Shown here: in pieces, positions 1-14,363 of the stretch | Numbering within the stretch: position 1 is the first letter of the stretch | Layout: every line of letters starts with the position of its first letter | Source: Octopus vulgaris | Lineage: Eukaryota | NCBI GenBank assembly: GCA_951406725.2 | Contig: OX597835.1 | Span: 17,918,001 to 17,982,000, forward strand | Reading direction: 5' to 3' | DNA: 64,000 nucleotides | Notes under the pieces: model-generated | The model's input: only the letters and a program-made list of their open reading frames with translations | The model's database searches: none | What the model was told of the DNA's origin: nothing | Translations under genes and position numbers: made by a program

Positions 1-37
1 AGAAAAATGTCTGCCAGGATCAGAAGGTGAATACACA

Positions 38-438
38 GGCGTAGAAGTGGCTCTGTGGTAAGTGGCTTGCTTACGAGCCACATGGTTCCGGGTTCAGTCC
101 CACTGCGTGGCAACGTGGCCAGGTGTCTTCTACTATAGCCTAGGATCGACCAAAGTTTTGCAAGTGGATTCGGTAGACGGAAACTGAAAGAAGCCCGTCG
201 TATATGTGTATATATATATATATGTGTGTGTGTATATTTGTCTGTCTCTGTTTGTATCCCCAACATCACTTGACAACCGATGCTGGTTTGTTGACGTTCC
301 CCTACCTTAGCGGTTCGGCAAAACAGACGGATAGAATAAGTACTATGCTTAAATTGAATAAGTCCTGGGGTCGATTTGCTTGACTAAAGGCGGTGCTCCG
401 GCATGGCCACAGTAATATGACTGAAACAAGTAAAAGAC
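38..438 (+). mobile_element. tRNA-derived SINE, family A (internal TA/TG microsatellite, GAGTAAAA-type tail)
   Basis: A-box/B-box-like head (gtggctctgtggtaag...ggttcagtccc); the body ggaaactgaaagaagcccgtcg...ggcggtgctcc.gcatggcc.cagt recurs more than 10 times in the window. Confidence 0.85.
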
Positions 439-489
439 ACAAACCAACTGTTGGCTTGCCGTTTCCCAAAAATGTGTACTAAGATTGAA

Positions 490-1000
490 AAGTATCAAAC
501 TACCAGTCAACATAATGTTGTTTGGAGGTTTAACTATTGATGGCCACGTTAAGTTTCCCTTTATATTCCCACACGCCTGAGGCTCAACACGGAGGTCTAC
601 CATCCGGAAGATGTAGTGCTACCTCGTGTTAAGAGGGTGGTTGCTGCAAGACTCAATATAGCAACATGACTCTACACTATGCCCCATGGCCAAGGAGACC
701 CATTTATGGCTCTCAAACAATTTCTGCGACTACATCAGCCCTATAATTTGGTCACCTACCACCCTACAGTGCATAACCCTTGATTATTATATGTTGGAGT
801 GCAGTTGAGAGAGAGAGAGAGGGAGAGTGTGTGAGAGAGAGAGAGAGAGATGGACTGAAGGCAAGGATTACGTTATCTTCAGCAATTTAAAACTGGTGAT
901 CTTCCAGAAGAGTTGCAGTGAATTCTGAGCTTGTCTGGAAGATGTGGTTGAAGCCAATGACGGTTTTATTGAATAAATTTACTCTTAGTATTTCAGAATG
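490..1000 (+). pseudogene. Decayed Tc1/mariner-superfamily (maT/DD37D-like) transposase, C-terminal part
   Basis: Frameshifted translation gives VVLPRVKRVVAAR..QHDS, NP-LDYY..WSAVE and a terminal F*ACLEDVVEANDGFIE*, typical of these transposases; interrupted by a (GA)n tract at about 808-850. Confidence 0.55.
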
Positions 1001-1076
1001 TTCTTATGTAATTTTATTACATATATATCTGTTAAAATGAGATGACAGTGTTACTTAGACGACAACATGTTCACCG

Positions 1077-1136
<60 letters not shown>

Positions 1137-1727
1137 ATGCATATATGTATGTGTGTGTGTGTGTGTGACAACGTACCCGCTAATCTGCCCACGTCGTCCA
1201 AGCATTCCTCGTCAAGCAAACCAGATGACTTGTTCGTCAGATTTCCTATTCTCCAGATTTCGCACCGTGTGACTTTTGGATATTCCTAAAGCTAAAATGA
1301 AAAGTAAGATAACACTCAAAAGGAGAAGATGTGAGTCAACAGAGGACATTAGGCAAAAATTCGAAGGCGCAGCCCTACAGCATCCGATAATGTGATTTAT
1401 AGAAATGATTCTAACAGTGATAGGAACGCTCACAGAAGTGTGCAGACTCCCAACGGGAAATATTTGAAGGACACTAAATCAAAATTGGCAAAAAGTTTGG
1501 ATACTTTTTGACTACACCTCGTACAAATGTTGCGGCGGTGAAGGCAATAAAACACACATATATATGCATTTGGGCGGCGTTGTGAGTGTTGGCAAAATAG
1601 TAGCAGTGGAATTGGTTAGTGTTTAATGCTTCGGTACATCTTGTTACATATCCTGGCAAATGAATTGTAAACTACTGCTCTTGCATTGAATAAAAGAGTG
1701 TAAATATCCAACATATTAAAATATACA

Positions 1728-2136
1728 CTCTTTTACTCTTTACTCTTTTACTTGTTTCAGTCATTTGACTGCGACCATGCTGGAGCACCGCCTTTAGTCG
1801 AGCAAATCGACCCCGGGACTTATTCTTTGTAAGCCCAGTACTTATTCTATCGGTCTGTTTTGCCGAACCGCTAAGTGAAGGGGACGTAAACACACCAGCA
1901 TCGGTTGTCAAGCAATGCTAGGGGGACAAACACAGACACACAAACACACACACACACACACATATATATATACATATATACGACAGGCTTCTTTCAGTTT
2001 CCGTCTACCAAATCCGCTCACAAGGCATTGGTCGGCCCGGGGCTATAGCAGAAGACAGTTGCCCAAGATGCCACGCAGTGGGACTCTACCCGGAACCATG
2101 TGGTTGGTTAGCAAGCTACTTACCACACAGCCACTC
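1728..2136 (-). mobile_element. SINE family A copy
   Basis: Reverse complement of the family A consensus, with the (ctttta)-type tail at the left end. Confidence 0.9.
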
Positions 2137-3105
2137 AGTTCACTTTGGAACCATGGGTGCGAATAAAAAGCGGGAACTAAGCGTGGATTAACGTTATCAG
2201 TGTAGGTATTTGAAACGCTTCGCAAGAGATTAATGTTTGTGCCTACAATTCGATATTTTCTCCAAACGTGCTTTTAATGTCAGATGTGTGGTGAGTACAG
2301 AAGAGTAAAATGTGCCTTCTCTTTCCCAGATATGAAGATAGGCGGAACTTAGAAGCAGTAGTGAATAATTATTCATTCTCATGATGTTCCAGATTATTCA
2401 TTCTCATGATGTTCCAGTCTGCAAATGATTTTTAAATTCCATACTTCGTTAGAAATTACAGTATTAGATCAGATGCTGAGATTTGGGAATGCGTATACAT
2501 GCTCCTTATAACAAGATCTGAACACTCAAAATATTTTTGTATTCTTATATTGAATTTAGTTATTATAAGGTTTCACCTTGAAACAGCTGTAGAACTTAGA
2601 TAAAAATGTTAAATAATCTGTGAAATCTTAGTGTTTTGTAATACTGTAAACATTACCTTATGTAAAAGAAATATCAAGTTCATTGAAATGTACCTGCATT
2701 CAAAAGCTTGGTGTATAAACATATGTAAACAGTGGTTAATCCATTTCTTTAATATAGAACTATTGCGAGAAAGTAAATGAAGATTACCAGATTTACTTAG
2801 TCACACCTACACAGAAGTCTAAGTGAATGTGTTATTTTCTATTTGTAAAGAATATTCCAGAAGACAGAAACTTCATTTGCTATTCATTTCAGTGATCTTT
2901 ATGTGACACAAACACATACAGACACACATGGGTACTAATTGGAAATGTACGTCTACATATGTACATACCTACATACATGCGTACAAACACACACACATAT
3001 GTATGTATGTATATATATATATATACATATATACATACATGCATATACATATATACATGAGTATGTATATGAATATATATATACATATATATGCATCTAT
3101 CTAGC

Positions 3106-3148
<43 letters not shown>

Positions 3149-3252
3149 GTAAATATACATATATGCATATATTTATATACATATATGTACATATATATAT
3201 ATATTATATGTATATGTAAATATACATATATGCATATATTTATATACATATA

Positions 3253-3300
<48 letters not shown>

Positions 3301-3454
3301 AATACAAAGATTTATGTATATGTGTGTGTGTATGTGTCTGTATGTTTCTAACGAAGAGTGATGAGCGTCTTCATATTTATACATATATACATACATGCAG
3401 ACGTTTAAGTTTATATACATTTGCAATCAACATGGAAATGTATGTGCTTATAAG

Positions 3455-3497
<43 letters not shown>

Positions 3498-3596
3498 CAC
3501 AAACAGGTATATCAATGTCTCATTATTATTATAATTATTATCATATTAATTTGTATTAGTAGTAGTATTAGTTGTATAGGTAGAACTAGTGCTAAG

Positions 3597-3628
<32 letters not shown>

Positions 3629-3989
3629 AAGAGAGAGAAAGAAAAAGAGAAAGATTCGTATTTAGGTGTGCGTCTTTTGTATTTGTATATGTGGTGTCTA
3701 TTCATTCTTCAATATAACCAACCATAAGAAGTTAACATTATCTGCTGCTAGCCTCAAGGCGAGAAGACGTTTCAGAATGACACGAAACTTCTGTATTTCT
3801 GTACAGTGCTTACAACTTAGTTAACGATACGATTTGAATTATTTCAGAGCACAGCAGACGATAATGAGTTCTCTCTATTAAAACAACAACAACAGCAAGA
3901 ATAATCGCAGAAATCCTAAAATATTATGGATTCTTCATATCATTTGCTCTTTCAATTCAACGGAATCATACTTAAATATCAATGGCTTC

Positions 3990-4668
<679 letters not shown>

Positions 4669-7600
4669 ACTTTTTTTTCTTCTTTCAAATTTTCTTCCAT
4701 TTCTTGCCGAGTGTCTTCCCGACTCCTAGGGCAAAGAAACTCATAGTGTATATTGGTAGGCCATTAAACCAAACTCAGTAGTTCGTTCATTTTTTTTTTT
4801 TTTGTTTTTTTAAGTTAAATTAAAATACATGAGAAGCAACAGTTCTCACATCGACAATGCTCTTCTCAATACGTGTGATGTACCAGTTAAGACAATCTTT
4901 TGCACTTCTTGCAGGGATGGTAAGCCAGGGATCATTCTCATATAATTTTCGGTTCCCTTCTTGATCATTCCTAGTGCTCCTACGATCACTGGTATTGTAA
5001 CCGCCTTGAGATGCCACATTTTCTCAATTTCAATGAGTAGGTCTTTATATTTTCTGAGCTTGTCAAACTCTTTCGCTGAGATATTATGATCACAGGGGAT
5101 GCTCATGTCGATCAATAAGCAAACTTTATTGTTTTGGTCTTTCACAACAATATCTGGTTTATTGGCCTTGATGGTTCGGTCTGTATGTACTGGAAAGTCC
5201 CACAGAATGGTTACATTTTCTCCTTCAGTTACAGCCTCAGGGTGGTGATTATACCACTTGTCGGCAGTTTTGATATTGTAATGCCGACTTATTAGCCAGT
5301 GGAGATATTGGCCAACTCTGTCATGTCTTAATTTATACTCCACTGGTGCTAAGACTTTACATCCAGAGATTAGGTGGTCCACTGTTTCAATCATGTCGTT
5401 GCAGAATCGGCATTTTGGGTCTGCTCCATTTTTCATCACATTGGCCTGGTAGTTCCGGGTTGATAGGCTTTGGTCTTGAGCAGCCAGGATGAAACCTTCG
5501 CTCTCTGCTTTTAGCCCTGAGCTCCGCAGCCACTGATGAGTTTGCTTCTGGTCAACATCAGCTTGTTTGCTGCGGGTCACATATTTGCCGTGCAGAGGTT
5601 TCTCCTCCCACCTATCAGCCAATTGCTCGTGCGCTTTTTTCATTGCCATCATTTTCACCTTCTTTGCAACAATAGTTGCCGTACTTCCCTCGGGTTGTTC
5701 AGTTTGGGTATCCTGCACGAGATCAATAGCAAATTTTTTGCTTTCCTTGATGATAGAATGAAGCTTCTTTCGTCTCTCGTGATGTTCCACGAGCTTTAGC
5801 ATCCAGTCATTCGATATTTCGAGATATTTGGCCAGTCCAATTGTGGTTGTTTTGTAAGCTAGTTCAAATTGGATCAGGCCTCGACCTCCTTGGGCTCTGG
5901 GAAGGTAAAGGCGATCTACGTCTGCCTTTGGGTGGTGCATCCTATTACAACTCAGCAGCTTGCGTATTTTTCTATCTATATCCTTTACTTCACTCATATT
6001 CCAGTTCAACACATTGTAGCTATAAGTAACAACTGGAACTGCTAAGGAATTTATAGCTAACACCTTGTTACGTGCATTTAGTTCAGATTTCAGGACTGCA
6101 CGAACTCTCCTATAACATTCCTTCCTGATTTTCTCTTTCATGCTTGCATGCTGAATACCAGAGCCTTCATTTATCCCTAAATATTTGTATGTTTGTTCTT
6201 GCTCAAGCTCTCTTATGACTGTGTCAACATCTAACACGACTGAATTTGTGGTCTTCACTTTCCCTTTCTGGAAAGTGGCCTTGGCACACTTCTCAAGTCC
6301 AAACTCCATCCCGATGTCATCGCTGAATGCTTTCACGGTGCGCAATAGGCCTTCAAGTTCATTATTGTCTTTACCATAAAGTTTTAAGTCATCCATATAA
6401 AATAGATGGCTTATTTTTTTATTGGCAATTTTATACCCATACCCTGTTCTGTTTAATTCACTTGTAAGGGGTATTAGGGCTATGCAGAATATTAAAGGTG
6501 AAAGTGAGTCACCTTGAAAAATTCCACAGTTGATGTTTATATTTTCTGAGGCAAGTACTCCATTAGAGTGGTATAATTGGAGATTCGTATTCCACAACGA
6601 CATATTGTGCTTCAGGAAGTTTGAAATCACAGGGGAAATTTTGAAGATGTCCAGTGATCTCAAGATCCATGGATGCGGTATACTGTCGAAGGCCTTTTTA
6701 TAGTCAATCCATGCGGTGCTGAGATTTCTGCGCTTGTTGTGACAGTTCTCAAGGATCATACGATTGATTAGCAGTTGATCTTTGCATCCGTAAGAGCCTC
6801 GGCGGCACCCTTTTTGTTCAATGGGGAAAATATCGTTCTTCTCCATGAACGCATATGTTTTCTCCGCCAGGATAGATGTTAGGATTTTATACGTGGTGGA
6901 TAGACAGGTTATAGGCCGATAGTTTTTTGGAAGGTTGGTTTCGTTATTCTTTGGGAGTAGGTAAGTAATGCCACTTGCTAACCATTCAGGTGTTTTCTTT
7001 GGGTCTCTCATAATTCAATTGAGCAGCTGAACTAGCTTACCGTGTGCGCACGGGAGCGATGCGAGCCAGAAATTCGGCACCCTATCTTTACCGGGGGATT
7101 TCCAATTATGGGCCTTCGTTAGAGCCTTTCTTAGGTCTGCTATTGTGATGTCTTCCCATGCTTGTTGTAAATTTTGGTAGGATCCTTCAGTTTGTATAAT
7201 CCAGTCTGCATTTATGTTGTACGTTTTCTTGTCACTCCAAATCCTTTTCCAAAAGTTTTGAACTTCTTCCATGGGAGGGGGGTCTTTAACGGTTACTTTC
7301 TCCTTCCCTATTTCTCTGTAGAATTTTTTGGCATTGGATGTGAACAGCTTATTTTGCTTGTAAAACTTGTTTCTCTTCTCAAATCTTCGTATTCTTTGGG
7401 CTTTTGCTTGGACTTTTTGTTTCAGCGTTTCTTTTATTGATATCAGTTCTTCTCTTGGTGAGGATCCAAATTTTCTCTTCATCTTTCTTCCTGTTCTGGA
7501 TCTTACATCATTTCCACATATTAGTTCATTTAATATTGATATTTCCCCTCTCATAAATTCAATCTCTTTTTCAATTTTACTTCTCCAGGTTTGATTTCTT

Positions 7601-8641
7601 CCCAGGTTTTGTTTTCTTTGTTTTTTCGGGGGCATACAGCTGGTTTCAATTGCCCTGGCAGAAGCGTAAATAATTTCATTTAACTCAGTAAAATCAGGTT
7701 TTAATTCTCGTATTATTTCATTTGTTACATAGTTGCCAATTTGGATTTGTTTTTTATTTTGGTTTGTATTTGAGAGTTTATGAAGCGGTTCTCTATCATT
7801 CATACTTGTATGTCTTACAACTTCAAGCGTATTCAGGATTTTCTGCCTCATTTCTGCCATAGACTCTCTGTGTTCTTCAGCAAATGCGAGATCTTCAGTT
7901 ACTGTTGTTTTTTCGTTTTCCTGGCTATCTTTAACAGGTACAATAGAATTTCTTGTATCTTCAGGCCTTTGCGTACTTTGGTCAGATGGCAGTCTTTCAA
8001 TTAAGCCTCGTGGCGGGCTATACTGTTCATCTGATTCTTCATTTCCTTTGTGTCTTATATTTATGTCATTTTCCGTTGCGTGCTTGATCGCGCTTATTTC
8101 ACTGTCTGTGAGTCTGTTATTTCTAAAGATATCCCTCCTCACATTTGCTAATTTGTTCTCGTCCAAATAGGGCCTACTGTCTTGATTCCGTGTTCTCCAT
8201 ATACCGTAAGAGTTTGCGGTGTGTCTCTCTTGAGATGGCCTACCTAATGCATAGTAATAAGCGTATATTACTTCTTTATACTCTTCTCGGGTCCATTTGT
8301 TCCGCTTACATTTTTCTTTCTGTGGTGGTTGTGGTGGTGAACTTGGAGGGCTCGAGTTGGGGGATTTCCCGTTCAAGTGACCATCCATGTCCGTATTCGG
8401 AGAAGAGTTTGTGCCAGTTGATGACTTTTCGATCCCAGGCTGGCTCTTCCCTGGGGGACGCGCTTCCAGATTAACCATAGGACAAGCGATTTGGTATACT
8501 GATTTAGTTTTCCTTTTAGTTTCCAAAAACATTTTGGTGCTACGATAATGTTATCATTTTTTAGCTTTGATTGGCTCGTGGGGAGACGGCCATCATTGCC
8601 GTTACAATTATAATCGTACCATTATAGCAGCCGTAGTCGGC
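4669..8641 (-). mobile_element. Near-full-length R4/Dong-clade non-LTR retrotransposon with RLE endonuclease (~3.97 kb)
   Basis: Single reading frame 8532->4846, a 3' UTR ending gaagaaaaaaaag-taataataa, and a short 5' UTR; both junctions abut (TAA)n. Motifs: RT (YRPITCL, IDYKKAFDS, GIFQGDSLSPL, YMDD), CCHC knuckle CRFC..DHLISGC, RHD, and PD..D..K-type nuclease (KPDIVV..LIDMSIP..EFDKLRKY). Confidence 0.93.
4846..8532 (-). pseudogene. RT-RLE polyprotein (~1228 codons) interrupted by one in-frame TGA at 7015-7017
   Basis: ORFs 7015..8532 (505 aa) and 4846..7011 (721 aa) are in the same frame, separated only by TGA-ATT (...KLVQLLN*IMRDPKKTPEW...). The RT N-terminal motif KSPGKDRVPNFW is in the upstream ORF. 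Confidence 0.9.
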
Positions 8642-9047
<406 letters not shown>

Positions 9048-9219
9048 TACTACTATTCCTACGATTGGGTTTTGTTGTATTATTGGTGGCGCGGGCGGTA
9101 TAGTAGTTTGTTAGAACTTGTAAGAGGTGAGTGAGTCGAAAACTTGATTGATAGGTTGCAAGGTATACATTTATATCTTATGAACTAATTTACATTCAAA
9201 TACTATAGCATCTGCTGCA

Positions 9220-9372
9220 GATGATGGTGATGACGATGATGATCTTGGTGATGATGACGATAATGATGATGTCGATGATGATGATGATAATGGTGCTGGC
9301 GGTCGTGGTTGTCGTGGTTGTCGTGATCGTGTTGTTGTTGGTGATGGCGTTAATCATGATCACGATGACGTA

Positions 9373-9405
<33 letters not shown>

Positions 9406-9677
9406 GTGGCGGCAGTGGCGGTGGTGGAGACGATGACGATGATGATGATAATGGTGATGGCGGTCGTGGTTGTCGTGGTCGTGGTCGTGGTCGTGTTGTT
9501 GTTGTTGGCGTTCATCATGATCACGATGACGTGATGATGATGATGATGATGATGGTGGCGGCAGTGGCGGTGGTGGAGACGATGACGATGATGATGATAA
9601 TGGTGATGGTGGTCGTGGTTGTCGTGGTCGTGGTCGTGTTGTTGTTGTTGGTGGCGTTCATCATGATCACGATGACG

Positions 9678-9715
<38 letters not shown>

Positions 9716-9980
9716 GTGGTGGCGGCAGTGGCGGTGGTGGAGACGATGACGATGATGATGATAATGGTGATGGCGGTCGTGGTTGTAGTGGTTGTCGTGG
9801 TCGTGTTGTTGTTGGTGGTGGCGTTCATCATGATCACGATGACGTGATGATGATGACGATGATGATGATGATGGCGGCGGCAGTGGCGGTGGTGGAGACG
9901 ATGACGATGATGATGACTTTGATGATAAAATCATTATGATCATGATGATGGTGATGATGATGATGATAATGATGATGATG
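9220..9980. repeat. Higher-order minisatellite of degenerate GAT/GGT/CGT triplets, about 4.5 units of ~150-165 bp
   Basis: Anchor ggcggcagtggcggtggtggagacgatgacg recurs near 9408, 9557, 9721 and 9876; anchor tcatgatcacgatgacg recurs 4 times. Confidence 0.9.
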
Positions 9981-10121
9981 TGATTGTAGTTGTTGTGCTG
10001 CTGCTGTTGCTGTTACTGTCACTGACGTATAGCTGCAAACAGTTTCGCCCAAGCACAGGCTGTTCCGTTCCCGCAGAATCATTTTTGTGTATCAATTCTA
10101 TTGATTTGCCAGTTACTCTCA

Positions 10122-10518
10122 TCTTTATATATAAAAGTGAAGTTGTGTGCTGTCTGTCTCCTACGATTTAGATTCCTAACTACTCCCACATTTTGTGGTG
10201 CAGTTTAACCAAAACCGGGTATCTTATAGTCGTAATTCATATCGAGCCCTTCTGGGTATTAGCGCGCGTGTACGATGAGTCTACGATTTTAAAAATAATT
10301 TACCATCAATTTTTCCCATTTTTAATGCATTTTTGGTATATATAAGGGAAGTAACTCTCTAAAAATTTATTATTAAATCTCATAACGTAAAAAGCTACAG
10401 TAACCACCTCCCTTTTGTGGTTAGCCATATTGAGATAGCTATTATACTTTACATCTCTAAAAATGCTTATATAGTTATTTCCCTTACAAACCCGAGCAAC
10501 GCCGGGCGATACTGCTAG
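10122..10518 (+). mobile_element. Non-autonomous Helitron (~397 bp)
   Basis: Inserted between A (10121) and T (10519); 5' TC(tttatatataaaagtgaagttgtgt..ctgtctgt); 3' hairpin CCCGagcaacgcCGGG followed by CTAG; no TSD. Confidence 0.85.
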
Positions 10519-11023
10519 TCCTGTATAATGTTCTTTAAGTTAAGACATATATTCAGTTAGCAACGGCGTTGCCACCCATCAACGCGTTATTTTTATTCCC
10601 TTCTACATAAACCAAGAGAAATTCAAAAGGAACATTAGCCAAACTCGCTCAAGCATTAACGATACGAGGCACTCCCAAATTCTTAAGCATCTTTAAGTGT
10701 TTTATTACATAAATTCAATGAACAAACACCACGGTCATTAACAATAGGAAGAAATAAAAAATAATTAAACACACCCTCACATGCAATATTTACACAAACA
10801 ATCATGATTATTAAACACGTTCAATATGACCACCCAGTTGGATTAAAAAATATTGCGTCTCAATAAATTATAACTACCTCGATAGACGCTCAATATACGC
10901 TCATACACGCACACATATTCACAATTACCCATCACGCACATACATACACATATACACACTTACAAATTGGTGCACACGCACACAAACATATACACAGATA
11001 TGTACGCCTTTATACAACACGCG

Positions 11024-11410
11024 GTGGAGGCGCAATGGTTAGGGCAGTGGTTAGGGCAGCGGACTCGCGGTCATAGGATCGCGGTTTCGATTCCCAGACC
11101 GGGCGTTGTGAGTGTTTATTTAGTGAAAACGCCTAAAAGCTCCACGAGGCTCCGGCAGGGATGGTGGTGATCCCTGCTGTACTCTTTCACCACAACTTTC
11201 TCTCACTCTTACTTCCTGTTTCTGTTGTACCTGTATTTTAAGGGGTGGCCTTGTCATTCTCTGTGTCACGCTGAATATCCCCGAGAACTACGTTAAGGGT
11301 ACACGTGCCTGTGGAATGCTCAGCCACTTACACGTTAATTTCACGAGCAGGCTGTTCCGTTGATTCGGATCAACCGGAATCCTCATCGTCGTAACCGACG
11401 GAGTGCTTCC
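11024..11410 (+). mobile_element. tRNA-derived SINE, family C
   Basis: tRNA-like head gtggaggcgcaatgg..cagtggttagggcagcggactcgcggtc..ggtttcgattccc; near-identical reverse copy at 24196-24579. Confidence 0.88.
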
Positions 11411-11530
11411 ATCATATACAACACGCACATGCAGATAAAAATACATGAATACACAAGTGAATTTTGAAAGAGGCGCTTTGCATCTCTACCGGATAGATAG
11501 GAGAGCATTGTAGAAAATGAAAGAGAGTAA

Positions 11531-11845
11531 TTTTTTATGCGGCCCTTTTCAAGCCTATAGCCAGGCTCACGGGCCCGGTTTCCCGGATTCTGTGGCGTAT
11601 GTGATCCCCTCAGCTGGACGCGACGCCATTTCATCGCAGCGTTAACCAAGAAATAGGAAGAAAGAGTGAGAGAAAGGTGGGGCAGAAGAGTATAACAAGG
11701 GTCGCCACCCCCACCCCCTGCCGGGGCCTCGTGGAGCTTTAGGTGTTTTCGTTCAATAAACACACACTGCCCGGTCTGTGTATCGAAACCGCGATCCTCC
11801 GACCGCGAGTTCGCTGCCCTAACCACTGGGCAGTTGCGCCTCCAC
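11531..11845 (-). mobile_element. SINE with family C head and a different (V-domain-like) 3' half
   Basis: Same tRNA head as family C, then gcgatgaaatggcgtcgcgtccag...gccacagaatccgggaaaccgggccc; a related decayed copy lies near 43960-44190. Confidence 0.75.
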
Positions 11846-11951
11846 AAAGAGAGTATATTTTAGATCAAAAACTAATTTCGTTTATCTGAATTCTGAAAAA
11901 TAAAAGAACTTTTAAAAAAACAAAGCTCATTATTTATGGGATGGCCCAATA
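11846..11951 (+). mobile_element. Mariner-type element, right end
   Basis: Ends atgggatggcccaa-TA; homologous to the reverse copy at 54150-54291, which encodes a mariner C-terminus. Confidence 0.65.
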
Positions 11952-12112
11952 TATGTGTCACTGTGAGTGTCTGTTTGTGTGCGTATGTGTGCCTGTGTGT
12001 GTGTGTGTGTATATATGTGTGTGTGTGTGTGTGTGTAGGTGTGTGTATGTATGTTGTTCTATACACTATTTGACAACCGATGTCGCTTTGCTTACGTACC
12101 CTATATTAGGGG

Positions 12113-12325
12113 ATTGGCAGAACCGTTAGCGCGCCGGGCGAAATGCGTAGCCGTATTTCGTCTGCCGCTACGTTCTGAGTTCAAATTCCGCCGAGGTCGA
12201 CTTTGCCTTTCATCCTTTCGGGGTCGATAAATTAAGTACCAGTTACGCACTGGGGTCGATATAATCCCTTTGTCTGTCCTTGTTTGTCTCCTCTATGTTT
12301 AGCCTCTTGTGGGTAATAAAGAAAC
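12113..12325 (+). mobile_element. tRNA-derived SINE, family B (Meta-domain-like core)
   Basis: Head tggcagaaccgttagc..gagttcaaattcc; core gcctttcatcctttcggggtcgataaattaagtaccag; tail gggtaataaagaaa. The core resembles the MetaSINE domain as I recall it (not verified). Confidence 0.85.
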
Positions 12326-12859
12326 ATATATTAGGGGATTGGCGAGGTTTATCGAAACAATACGTATCAGACAAGCACAAGAGTCGATTCGTTAAATGCC
12401 GCAGCATGACTGCCATCCAATGAATGAAGCAAGCAAAATAATTAAAGATAAATGGCACAACATAAAAATAGAAGCACAGACACCCACCCTACACACACAT
12501 ATAACATTCTTCTGTGAATGTCTGTGTGTATAAAATATTAATAAATTCTATTTAAGTAAAAGAGTTTTTAAAGGAAATGAAATTAAAGATGACACTACAC
12601 CTGCAGTCTGCAATGACAGACTTTGGAGATCGTGATAAAATGAAATTTAATCTATTAGCTGCCATTGGAATTCCGCCTGAGAGTTCTTTGACGTTTGGTA
12701 AGTAGTAGTTATATGCCAACATCTATCACGTCATTCCGATATCCTCGTTGTACCAATTTATAGCAAAACTTTCTACTTACTTACACATTCTTACTTTCCA
12801 AAGCATCATGTCACTGAATTTTTTAAATTTATTTATTGCACTGTTATCTAAGATCTGGG

Positions 12860-13192
12860 TTCTTCATGTGGCTAACTTTTGATGATAAACGTATGTGTGT
12901 TATACTTACTGGAAATTTCTCGTATATCGAGCTTAAAACATATCTTAAGTTGTGCACTTTATTGCCTATTTTAGACGTAATAAACGGTTAAATAGCCAAG
13001 TTCCTTTCCACTTCGTCGTATCTCGGTTCTTTTTCTTCATCTGGCTAACTTTTGATGGTATTCGAATGTGTGCGGCTATTGTCATTTATCGAATTTAAAA
13101 TACTTCTCAAGTTTAACAATTTATTGCTAGTCTTATACGTAATAAACGGTTGAATAGTCGAGTTCCTTCTCACTGGGTAGCATCTCATTTCT
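12860..13192. repeat. Diverged tandem duplication, 2 x ~170 bp
   Basis: Shared blocks ttcttcat.tggctaactttt..gatg, acgtaataaacggtt.aatag.c.agttcctt and atctc..ttct occur twice in the same order. Confidence 0.8.
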
Positions 13193-13195
13193 GAT

Positions 13196-14089
<894 letters not shown>

Positions 14090-14260
14090 GTAGATATGTA
14101 GTGAACAACTATAGAGAAGTTTGCAAGACGCAACGAAAATTTAAGAAAAATAAATATGTAAATGAGTATAAATTTTACCAGTCTGTGTGTTAAATTATAA
14201 GGCACTAAAAGAATGAATCTCCCCAGACACAAGAGAATATGCTTCAACACACGAAACGAA

Positions 14261-14299
<39 letters not shown>

Positions 14300-14330
14300 A
14301 ACAATTTAATGAATAAAACATATGCATACA

Positions 14331-14363
<33 letters not shown>

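Noticed and set aside
2368-2417. 25-bp perfect tandem duplication (attattcattctcatgatgttccag x2)
   Set aside because: Ordinary slippage duplication with no further structure.
11024-11105. tRNA gene
   Set aside because: The tRNA-like head continues into a multi-copy SINE body and lacks a proper acceptor stem and terminator.
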